From the NCBI GenBank assembly GCA_018651085.1, contig JABIEQ010000011.1:133598-182622 (forward strand): DNA of 49,025 nucleotides. The letters are read 5' to 3'. The stretch comes from Candidatus Magasanikiibacteriota bacterium (GTDB taxonomy: Bacteria > Patescibacteriota > Patescibacteriia > Magasanikbacterales > UBA922). The position numbers and the translations under genes are program-made. This document shows positions 35,837 to 45,300 of the stretch, in pieces (the first letter of the stretch is position 1; every line of letters starts with the position of its first letter). Under the pieces are notes generated by a model. It had not been told where the DNA came from and made no database searches. It saw nothing but the letters and a program-made list of their open reading frames with translations.

Positions 35837-37090
35837 TTATGATCCCATTTTTTTTCTAATAAATGCTGGGATTTCTAAATCTTGATCATCATTATCTTGT
35901 TCTAATGGCTTGAATCCAGTTGTTGGTGGATGCATTGGTTTTTGAGGCATTGTTTTTCTCATTGGTCTTGCCATGAATTCTGCTTTATCTGATTTTTCTT
36001 CCTCCTCTTCTTCAAACTCTTCTCTCTTTTCTTTTCTTTTAGAAAAAATACCAGCACCATAGCGCGATGGCTTTGAACCAAAGGGGTGTTCTTGTTTGTC
36101 TTCTTTGTCTCTATGCCGTTCTACTGTTTTTCTTGGCCTATCCCCAAAACCTGTTGCAATAACTGTTACTCTAATGTCTTCTCCCATTGATTCGTCAATA
36201 ACAGTTCCAAAAATAACTTTTGCATCTTCGTCAATCGAATTTGTTATTAATTCTGCAGCTTCTGCTACTTCTTGCATTCCAAGATCATTTCCTCCAGTTA
36301 CAGTCATTAACACTCCTCTTGCGCCATCAATTGATACTTCAAGTAACGGACTTGAAATGGCAGCCTTCGCCGCTTCAATAGCCCTATTTTCTCCTGAACC
36401 AGTTCCAATTCCCATCAAAGCTGATCCGGTATCTTTCATGATGGTTTTTACATCAGCGAAATCAACATTAATTGTTCCGTGAACAGTAATTAATTCTGAA
36501 ATCCCTTGCACTCCCTGACGAAGGACATCGTCTACTATTTGAAATGCTTCGAGGAGAGATGTTTTCTTATCAATAATTTGTAATACTCTATCGTTAGGAA
36601 TAGTAATAATAGTATCAACATGTCTTGCTAATTCTCTATATGCTTCCTCTGCAATTTTTTTTCGTTGTGGTCCTTCAAAATTAAAAGGCTTTGTTACAAC
36701 AGCAACAGTTAGAGCTCCCATATCTCTTGCAATTTCTGCAATAACAGGACTTGCTCCTGACCCTGTTCCACCACCAAGACCACAGGTGATAAATACCATG
36801 TCAGTATCTTTAAGTACTTGTCTTACTTCATTTTGTCCTTCTTCTGCACTTTTCTTTCCCATTTCAGGATCCATTCCAGCACCGAGACCTCTTGTAATTG
36901 TTTTTCCAATATGTAATTTTTTTGGTGCACTGTTATTATGAAGAGCCTGTACATCAGTATTCATAACGACAAACTCAACCCCTCGGATTCCATTTTGAAT
37001 CATTCGATTTACAGCTGAACCACCTGACCCACCAATCCCAACTACTTTAATTTTTGCAAACGTTTCAATGTCTGGTTTCACTTGCGGCAT
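35837..37090 (-). CDS. ftsZ: Cell division protein FtsZ
   Basis: GLGGGTGSG, NVDFADV, C-terminal DLEIPAFIRK; start likely MPQV at 37090. Confidence 0.98.
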   Translation of the reverse strand: MPQVKPDIETFAKIKVVGIGGSGGSAVNRMIQNGIRGVEFVVMNTDVQALHNNSAPKKLHIGKTITRGLGAGMDPEMGKKSAEEGQNEVRQVLKDTDMVFITCGLGGGTGSGASPVIAEIARDMGALTVAVVTKPFNFEGPQRKKIAEEAYRELARHVDTIITIPNDRVLQIIDKKTSLLEAFQIVDDVLRQGVQGISELITVHGTINVDFADVKTIMKDTGSALMGIGTGSGENRAIEAAKAAISSPLLEVSIDGARGVLMTVTGGNDLGMQEVAEAAELITNSIDEDAKVIFGTVIDESMGEDIRVTVIATGFGDRPRKTVERHRDKEDKQEHPFGSKPSRYGAGIFSKRKEKREEFEEEEEEKSDKAEFMARPMRKTMPQKPMHPPTTGFKPLEQDNDDQDLEIPAFIRKKMGS

Positions 37091-37187
37091 ATACACGTAT
37101 AATTATTCCTGATATATATTGATTGAACACTAAAATTGTTCAATTTTGGCTTTACCTGGTCAAAAAATAAATCTTTCGGATACGTAT

Positions 37188-37216
37188 AGTGTACAAATAC
37201 TAACTACTTGTGTCAA
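37188..37216 (-). promoter_or_regulatory. sigma70 promoter for ftsZ
   Basis: TTGACA (37216-37211), 17-nt spacer, TACACT (37193-37188). Confidence 0.75.
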
Positions 37217-37241
37217 GGTTTTTAAAACCATCATTTTATAC

Positions 37242-37263
37242 AAAAACCCCTCTTCTGAGGGGT
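37242..37263 (-). terminator. Terminator after ftsA
   Basis: Minus strand ACCCCTC-AGAA-GAGGGGT followed by T-tract. Confidence 0.7.
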
Positions 37264-37289
37264 AGTCTACAATTTTGATTGTTTTTCTA

Positions 37290-38549
37290 TTATGGAATCA
37301 ATGATTTAAACAATTTTTGGAATTGTTCAATAACTTTTCCTGTGTTCATTTTCATTATTCTTCTCTTTTTTGTCCCTTGCTGTACCCCTGCTCCCCACCG
37401 AACTAAGCCTATTGCAGGCGCAAAAGCAATATTGTGACAATCTTCTGTTATTCCTTGAATATTAATTGGTGTGCCAATAGATGCTGGTAAGCGTAAGACT
37501 TCTTTTGTTAACTCAATAAGCCTTTCTATTTTAGATCCACCACCAACAAACATAACTCCAGCTGGAAGAAGACCACTTCTTCCAATTAATTGAAGCTCTT
37601 GATCTACTCTTTCAAGAATTTCCGTCATCCTTGCTTCTATTATTTCTGCTACATACTGCAATGAAAATTCTTCTTCTTTTCCATCATCAGTACTTACACG
37701 AATTTTATCTTTTTTTGATATACCTTTTGCTATACAATTTCCATAATGAATTTTCACTCTTTCTGCCATATCAATTGACGTCCGTAACCCAATAGCAAGA
37801 TCATTTGTCACATGTGCTGATCCAATAGGAACAACGCCTGTATGAATGATATCTCCACTTTCATAGACAATAACACTAGTTGTTGAACTTCCGATGTCTA
37901 TCACTGCTGTTCCAAGTTCTTTTTGTCTTGATGTAGCCACTACGTCTCCAGTGGCAAGTGTTGAAAGAACTAAATCATCAATGTCTACTCCTGTACGATA
38001 TACCGCTTTCATAACATTTTTTATGTGTGCGGTAGCTCCATGAATCATCTGTGTTACGACTTCAAGACGTATCCCTGTCATTCCCACAGGATCCTTAATA
38101 TCTGTTTGTCCATCAACGGAAAAACTTCTTGGGATAACGTGGAGTACTTCGTAATTTAAGGGCGCAGCGACCGTTCTAGCGGCTTCTATGGCTCTTTCAG
38201 CATCATCTTCACCTATTTCTCCATGTGGGGTAGCAATAGCGACAACACCACGACTTTCTTGCGATATAATATGCATACCACTCATTCCAATCCAGACGTG
38301 CTCTACTGGTATTCCTGTTAGTCTTTCAATGTGCTCTAATGCATTAGAAATGGATGATACGGTTTCTTCTATACTTGAGATAACTCCCTTACTAATTCCT
38401 TCTGAGGGTACTTCTATAGTTGCAATTATCTGAAGCTGTGGCTTTCCACTCATATCGCTAGACTCTTGCCCTACGGCAATACGAATAGCTGACGATCCTA
38501 TATCGATGCCAGTAATAATACCTGTATTGTTTTTTTTCTTACGAATCAT
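37290..38549 (-). CDS. ftsA: Cell division protein FtsA
   Basis: GIDIGSS, DPVGMTGIRLEV, DIGSSTT, TNDLAIGL, AERVK, GGGSK motifs; upstream of ftsZ; start likely 38549. Confidence 0.96.
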   Translation of the reverse strand: MIRKKKNNTGIITGIDIGSSAIRIAVGQESSDMSGKPQLQIIATIEVPSEGISKGVISSIEETVSSISNALEHIERLTGIPVEHVWIGMSGMHIISQESRGVVAIATPHGEIGEDDAERAIEAARTVAAPLNYEVLHVIPRSFSVDGQTDIKDPVGMTGIRLEVVTQMIHGATAHIKNVMKAVYRTGVDIDDLVLSTLATGDVVATSRQKELGTAVIDIGSSTTSVIVYESGDIIHTGVVPIGSAHVTNDLAIGLRTSIDMAERVKIHYGNCIAKGISKKDKIRVSTDDGKEEEFSLQYVAEIIEARMTEILERVDQELQLIGRSGLLPAGVMFVGGGSKIERLIELTKEVLRLPASIGTPINIQGITEDCHNIAFAPAIGLVRWGAGVQQGTKKRRIMKMNTGKVIEQFQKLFKSLIP

Positions 38550-38620
38550 ACCTTTAAACTCAAACCTGTAACACAAATATACGCCGTATGTATAGGGTCT
38601 AATTAAGGGTTATTGTACCA

Positions 38621-38989
38621 TCATTTTATGAAGAACTCAAAAATGTATGGCACAAATACCAATGCACCGACAACAACAGCTCCAATGGATGCAATAAGTA
38701 CCATTGCAGCCATCATATCCTTAATTATCTTTACCTGATGATGCAGGCGAGGTTTTAATACATCAATAAGTCTTTCTAAAACACTATTGATTATTTCTAA
38801 TACTAAAATAGAAATAATTACTATAATAACTAAAAGGGCTTCTTGTTTTGGTGGCTGAAATATAATAAGCGCGGCAATGACACAAAGGGCCGCCACACAA
38901 TGAATTCTGAAATTTTGTTCATACCTAAAGACCAGCCATATCCCATGGATAGCATGTTTTACACTTCTAAACAGATTCTTTATCATCAT
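38621..38989 (-). CDS. dgkA: Diacylglycerol/undecaprenol kinase (DgkA family)
   Basis: EQNFRIH, EIINSVLERLID, KIIKDM motifs with TM helices. Confidence 0.92.
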   Translation of the reverse strand: MMIKNLFRSVKHAIHGIWLVFRYEQNFRIHCVAALCVIAALIIFQPPKQEALLVIIVIISILVLEIINSVLERLIDVLKPRLHHQVKIIKDMMAAMVLIASIGAVVVGALVFVPYIFEFFIK

Positions 38990-39414
38990 ATCCAGTGTTT
39001 TAGTATCTTTTCTTGAAGCGGAAACATGATATCTGCATCCTTTTTCTTTATATGATCATACCCCACAAGATGCAATATTCCATGAATAAGCATCCGAGAA
39101 AATTCTTCTTCAAAAGAGACTCCTTCTCTTTTTGCTTGTCTTTTAATGTATGGTATTGCTAAAAATACATCTCCAAGATCATCACTTTCCATAATGGATG
39201 TTCCTTCTTGCATCCGAAACGAAAGTACATCTGTGGGTCTATCTATATGTCTATATTCTCTATTTAAACTATGTATTCTTTTATCTCCTATACAATGTAC
39301 ACTTAATACCCTCTTTTTTTCCTTTACTCTTTTAAGAGTATACGCTGCTATCGCTTGTATTTTTTTTTTGGAAAAACCAATTTTTTTTACTGTTTGGTAT
39401 ATATTGCATTCCAT
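38986..39414 (-). CDS. ybeY: rRNA maturation RNase YbeY
   Basis: LNREYR..DRPTDVLSF, LGD, HGILHLVGYDH. Confidence 0.97.
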   Translation of the reverse strand: MECNIYQTVKKIGFSKKKIQAIAAYTLKRVKEKKRVLSVHCIGDKRIHSLNREYRHIDRPTDVLSFRMQEGTSIMESDDLGDVFLAIPYIKRQAKREGVSFEEEFSRMLIHGILHLVGYDHIKKKDADIMFPLQEKILKHWI

Positions 39415-39419
39415 ATTTT

Positions 39420-40604
39420 TTATTCCAAAAGTGTTGATGTGGAAATATCAATTTCTCCTATTTCTTCTAAGGTTGAAGTATTTACTCCTGGTAATGTTGT
39501 TTGTTCTGGGAGTACGTCTATACTATTTTCTAAACGAAAACTTTGTACCATCATTTCTATGACATGTCTAAACGGAATCTGTTGCTGTTGTCTTGGATTG
39601 TAAATAAGTACAAATACTTGTACGTCATCTTCAATATATGCTACCAACCGATCTTTTCGTACAATGACTTCTTGTTTAAAACTATTTTGTGTTGTAAGTA
39701 AATCTGAAAACTTTTGCCCCTTAGCTACTCTTCCAAACCAATTTCTAAAGGATTCCCCAAATTCTTTTTTTACAATATGCACCGACACATATTCCCCACT
39801 AATATCACTAAATAGTACATCTGTTGCTTTTCCATTTATATCTCCCACCTCCCAGGCGCTTGGATAATACATCCTATACGCTCTTTTAGGGTGAATATAA
39901 TCAAAAACTCTTCCGGTATCAATAATTTTTGACGGAGAAATCTTTTCTGGACTATACAAATTGACGACTTCTAAACCATCATAATACCCATCACCATCAG
40001 TATCCCAGATACCTGGATTTGATCTAAATATATCTTCTTCTTGATCTGTAAGAGAATCTTTATCAACATCACTCGTATCAACAAGAATCATTCTTGGAAA
40101 AGGTAATGATATATCTTCATCAATTGAAGGTGTCGATGTTGGTGTTGGTACCCTTTGTGTACTTGTTGGTGATATTACTTTTATTTCTGTAATCTTTGTT
40201 GAAGAAGGTGTCTTTAATGGTTCTTCTATATCTTCTTGAAGAGGAGTATTTTGAACTTCGTTACCTACTTGCTTTGTCGCTTGGGTAATATAATACCAAC
40301 TTACGAGAGCCATAACGACGACAAATAAGACAATAATAAGTATTATTAGCCATTTTTTCTTATCATTTTTTTTAGAAGGAATAGTTGTTTTTTTTGTTGT
40401 AGGAGGCGTTGTCCTTGGTTGCTTGCCTGATATCTTTTCTTGTGCGTGTTTATCGCCTTGTTTTGTTATTGATACCTCATTTTTATATATGACTGGATCT
40501 TGTCCACCATAAAAAACATCTGGAATTGTGTGAATCTCCACAGATGTGTTTTTATGCTCTTTATTTTTATTCTCTTGCTCTTTTTTCTTCTTTTTGAAGA
40601 GCAT
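39420..40604 (-). CDS. Membrane-anchored protein with DxDxDG (TSP3-like) Ca-binding repeats and PsbP-like C-terminal domain
   Basis: TM WLIILIIVLFVVVMALVSWYY; DVDKDSLTDQEE and DTDGDGYYDGLE; YRMYYPSAW. Confidence 0.75.
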   Translation of the reverse strand: MLFKKKKKEQENKNKEHKNTSVEIHTIPDVFYGGQDPVIYKNEVSITKQGDKHAQEKISGKQPRTTPPTTKKTTIPSKKNDKKKWLIILIIVLFVVVMALVSWYYITQATKQVGNEVQNTPLQEDIEEPLKTPSSTKITEIKVISPTSTQRVPTPTSTPSIDEDISLPFPRMILVDTSDVDKDSLTDQEEDIFRSNPGIWDTDGDGYYDGLEVVNLYSPEKISPSKIIDTGRVFDYIHPKRAYRMYYPSAWEVGDINGKATDVLFSDISGEYVSVHIVKKEFGESFRNWFGRVAKGQKFSDLLTTQNSFKQEVIVRKDRLVAYIEDDVQVFVLIYNPRQQQQIPFRHVIEMMVQSFRLENSIDVLPEQTTLPGVNTSTLEEIGEIDISTSTLLE

Positions 40605-40609
40605 AGGTG

Positions 40610-41788
40610 TTATGATGTTTCCTCACTTTGACAAATAAGTGATAAATTTCTCTTTATTTCTTCAGCTAATAATGGAAGAAGCACAGGATCTTGTAATATA
40701 TCCCCATTAATTGTGTGCCCTTGTGCACTTAAAGAAGCAATTGCGGCAGAGTATGCAGCGGCATATTGTTCTTCTGTACAAGGTTCATCTTTAGATACAT
40801 CACTTGAAAAGGGTTCTTCTTCAAATACTGGTTTTGTACTTGTTGCGTTCCCTTCTTCATTATTCAATTCCCCTGGGATAAATATTTTTCCAGGACCAGT
40901 TGGACTATACCCTGAACGAACTTCTACGCCGTCTAAATAACTATCTCCATCAGTATCTTTATTTAGTGGATCAGTATTCCAAGAAAGAATTTCAGCTCCG
41001 TCACTTAATTCATCATTATCAGTATCCCAATTATTTGGATCTGTTCCTAATTCTCTTTCTTCTGTGTCTTCTAATCCATCTTCATCAGAATCTATCGGTT
41101 GCCCAAATAAAATGATATCATCAATTATTTGATTTTGAGCATCTACTGACCCTAACGGCTGATTACTTGTGTCATCTTGGTCTTCAACTTGCTGATCTCT
41201 ATTTGTAGTATCTTCAATATCTACTTGAAAGGTATCATCACTACTTTGTTGTTGTGTTGCCGGTGCACCATTTGAAGACACAAAGGTTCCGTATGCCCAC
41301 CATGCAGCTCCTACAATACCTGCTAATACAAATATGAGAATTACAATAACAATAATTGCTTTTCCAATCCCAGGCTTTTTAATTGTATAGCTTTCACCCG
41401 GATAATTTCCAGGTGGAGGTGGTGTTCCTATTCCTAAAGGAGAAAATGGTTGCGCATTTACGTCTTGAGCTGAAGACAATGCTTGTGGCGCTTGTTCTGT
41501 ATGATCTATCGCCGCAAAAACATCTTGCACAGGTGGGTTTTGTATTTTTATCTCTGTTTTTTCTTTTGCTTGAAGCTTCCCCGAAGAAATAGCTGATGAT
41601 ACTTCTGGTGGAGATTGAGGAACTTCTCTAACCGGTGGTGCTTGTACTTTTGCTTGTGGTTGGTTTTCTACCACCTCTTCAGCAGCATCCACGGGTTCTA
41701 TAGTATCCTTAAAAATATCTTCTGGTTCACCAATAGGAAGATTTGGAGGTGGAGTGCTTCCCCCTGCTTGTGCGTGATCATCAAACAT
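40610..41788 (-). CDS. Membrane-anchored protein with TSP3-like Ca-binding repeats and Pro-rich N-terminus
   Basis: TM IIVIVILIFVLAGIVGAAWW; DSDEDGLEDTEE, DTDNDELSDGAE, DTDGDSYLDGVE. Confidence 0.8.
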   Translation of the reverse strand: MFDDHAQAGGSTPPPNLPIGEPEDIFKDTIEPVDAAEEVVENQPQAKVQAPPVREVPQSPPEVSSAISSGKLQAKEKTEIKIQNPPVQDVFAAIDHTEQAPQALSSAQDVNAQPFSPLGIGTPPPPGNYPGESYTIKKPGIGKAIIVIVILIFVLAGIVGAAWWAYGTFVSSNGAPATQQQSSDDTFQVDIEDTTNRDQQVEDQDDTSNQPLGSVDAQNQIIDDIILFGQPIDSDEDGLEDTEERELGTDPNNWDTDNDELSDGAEILSWNTDPLNKDTDGDSYLDGVEVRSGYSPTGPGKIFIPGELNNEEGNATSTKPVFEEEPFSSDVSKDEPCTEEQYAAAYSAAIASLSAQGHTINGDILQDPVLLPLLAEEIKRNLSLICQSEETS

Positions 41789-41816
41789 ATATATTACCTA
41801 ACGTTACAAGTATTTT

Positions 41817-42266
41817 TTATTTACTTAATGGATCGAACCCTTTTCGCACTTCTCTTCCATCCCCAAAGCCATCACCATCAGTATCAGGGTTCAAAGGATC
41901 AGTTTTGGTTACAGACACTTCTTCTCCATCTTTTAGCCCATCTCCATCGGTATCAAATTCAAAATCACTCGTTCCAAGCTCGGCTTCTTGTGTTGCACTA
42001 AGGCCATCTCTATCCTTATCTTCTGGAAATGGATCAACAGTAAGTGTTGCAGAGGGATCCTGATTTTTATCACTAATGATGTTTTTTGTCTCTTCTTTAT
42101 CTTGAGAAACTACCAAGACAACACCCGTAACAATTAATGCAATGCATACAATAATTACTATAAGAATCCACCATCTCTTTTTTTGAGGAGGTTTTTGATA
42201 ATACGCTGCATGATTTACAGACTGTTGTCCTTCTTCTATAGGTGATTGTACTTGATTTATTTCCAT
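41817..42266 (-). CDS. Small membrane-anchored protein with TSP3-like Ca-binding repeats
   Basis: TM WWILIVIIVCIALIVTGVVLVV; DKDRDGL, DTDGDGLKDGEE, DTDGDGFGDGRE; start likely MEINQ at 42266. Confidence 0.8.
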   Translation of the reverse strand: MEINQVQSPIEEGQQSVNHAAYYQKPPQKKRWWILIVIIVCIALIVTGVVLVVSQDKEETKNIISDKNQDPSATLTVDPFPEDKDRDGLSATQEAELGTSDFEFDTDGDGLKDGEEVSVTKTDPLNPDTDGDGFGDGREVRKGFDPLSK

Positions 42267-42307
42267 ACCAATCTGTCTTTTAGTATAACACAATTTTTTC
42301 TTCTTTT

Positions 42308-45300
42308 TTATCCTTCTTGATTTTGTTCATTTTCATTTTCTGAATCATTACAAAATTCAGTTGAAATATTACATTTCACATCTTGGAATCCACTTTCAAT
42401 TGTTCCATCTTCATATTCTCTATTTCCTTCTTTTACTACTTCTACTTCATACCCTCCATTTTTCTTTACCAAGTTAAATGCATGCCAATATCTTGCAACT
42501 TCGTTACTACTTGTACCAGCAGCACCACGAATTTCAAATGTATGCGCTGGCTTATATATAGAATATCTTGGGTTTTGTCTTTCATTATACTCGTAGACCT
42601 CAACCTGAAGATTTGAATGAATGTGCCCAAATATTGGTACTCCATCAGTTCCTACAAATATTGCATATGTTGCATTTTCTACAGATCCTTCTCCTTGAGG
42701 CTTATCTGTTTCAATAGTAAATGATTGAATAAATGTATTATCAAGACTTTGTTCTCTGTGCGCGTATACATGTTCATACCATTGATGCATGTTGTCAGTT
42801 GGCCACCAATAATTACTGTAATTTGGATTTTCTGAAAGTCCTAATGACCCAGATATTTCTGAAACAAATGGGTTACTTGTGTCTATTGGGTATCCAAGTA
42901 CTTTCGGAAACCCTCCGAATACTCTATCGTTAAATTCTTGATTGTATACATTTAACAAAAATGGGGCATTCTCTCCACCTTCGTCATTCGTCCAACGAAG
43001 CACCACTCTGAATGTTCCTTCTGGAACAGCAGGAGATGCAATGAACTCATTTGTTATCGCTTCTGCTTGTCCTCTCACAGGGTATAAAAATTCATTATAT
43101 TCCCCTAAACTCACCCTACTTCTATTAAACTCTACTTCGTATTCTCCTGAACAACGAACATTTGTTTCAATACGAGCTTCTTCACTACCAAGTAAGGTTA
43201 CTTCATAATCTGATCCTATAGTGATATGAGACCCTTGCCATATTCTTTGATTTAATGGGTTGAAAAAGCCTCCTTGTTCTCTAAACAAGCGCACTGTTGC
43301 TCTTCCACTCCAATTGTCTTCTTCATCAAATTCTTGATGCCCAAATAATGGGTTTATAAACTTTGCCCTTGGGACAGTTCCTCCTGGAGGAGAAACCAGG
43401 TTACATGAAAGACAATCATTTGTTACATTTGTACAACTATTGTTACAACTATATTCTCCAACATCAGCACACCCTTCTGTAAATACTTCTTCTGAAAGTT
43501 CTACCCCACAAAAAAGTTCTTCTTGTGTACACTCTTGATCAGTATTACAGCCTGCTGCCCATACTCTATCTCCAAGCACACAAATTCCACCTAAAGCAAA
43601 ACATGTTCCATGACATTCACTATTTTGTGTACAGAGGGTATCAAGCACCTCGTCTTCAAACTGACAATATTGTTTTCGATATGTCACGGTATTATCTATA
43701 AACTCACACACTTCTATGTCTTCAATATCATTGTTCCCACAAAATAATGGAGAATCCACTTGCAATACTTCCCGACAATCGTCAGAACAATATGTGCAGG
43801 ACTCATCATACCCGGGAACACAGGCAATTCCATTTTCTACACCAAGATCACATACTTCTCCTCGTTCTGCCTGCACAATACCATCGTCACACCTTACTTC
43901 TTGTTGATTATTGTTTTGATTATTATTTTCACCTTCTTCTATTTGACATATGGCACTACACCCATCACCATCAACATTATTTCCATCGTCACATGATTCA
44001 ACAGATTCGATAATACCATCTCCACAATAACCTCCCGCACGCTGACAATCTTCGGAACAAGACACACCTTCAAAATGATGGTATGAACTTCCATATCTAT
44101 TTGTTCCTGCTTCCACACAATCTCCATAAGAGACTAGTTCATCAACAGGTAATACTTTTTCTCTTACATCATTTCTTGTAATCTCATTATCAAGTAGATC
44201 AATGACATTATCTGGCGAAGGAGCGGTACAATCAGCATTTCCTCTTTCTATGTCACAACGTAATTGTGGATCTCCTGAACAATAGTGTGTTTGATATGAC
44301 TCTTCATCTTTTATGTCTTCAATATTCTGAAATAAACTTCCAAATTCTATAAATGCTCGTTCACACAAAATTATACCTTCGTTATTACACATCCGAATGA
44401 TGATATCACTACCACTACTCTCTTCTAAAAGTTGTGGATATATTACACGAATCTTATTTGCCCCAGAATTTAAGGTAACGTGTGTATCTTCTATAATTTC
44501 ACAATGTTCAAGTGGTTGGTTTGTATCTTGGTCAATGTTAATTTGTCCATCTCCACATCGTGCAACACCAGAAAACCCAGTACATTGACTATTACATTGG
44601 CCATATTCTCCGTTTACACTTCCGTCGTCACAGGCTTCATCTCCTTCGACTACCCCATTTCCACATTCAAATATTTCGCGACAACTTCCATATACATACT
44701 GACACTCATTATTACAGATTCCTACCCCAACGTCTCCTTCACGACAAAGCCCAACTTCTCCTTCTTGAGCTCCTACACATTGAGTGGTTTCAAGGTTTAA
44801 CCCAAGATATGATTCTGAATCTTTAATTGCTCCACACGTAAACCGTGTTCTTTGGAATGGATTTTCTAAAAGAGTGGCATCAATTGTTTCTTGTCTAATT
44901 GGGTTTGATAATACACTCACCGCTGTTGGTAACCCTTCTTCTGAATAGGTTCTTATGTCCCGACAAGCATCAGTTGAATTACACTGAAATACTCCATCAA
45001 TTTCATTCTCATTTCTTTCGGTAAATATAATTTCATTATCAACTAAACATACCTCTGTTTCTGGCACATCTGCAAAATTCACTCCCTCTTCCAATAGAGA
45101 TATTGGACAATCAGCATCGGTTGAACAAGAAGTTTGAGTATTATCATAATTACACAATCCTTCCTCAGTTGGATAATATCCCTGGCTACTTAAAATTCTA
45201 CTTCCCGGTGGGTCACACTGTTCACTTACTTGGTTTACAATTCCGTCTCCACAGGCTTCACCAAATGGTGAGATTATTTGTCCTGGTTGACACCATCTTT

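Noticed and set aside
38986-38989. Alternative genetic code (TGA = Gly, as in Gracilibacteria/SR1)
   Set aside because: TGA ends ybeY in an ATGA overlap and ends dgkA and the ppsA-like gene; long genes are intact under code 11.
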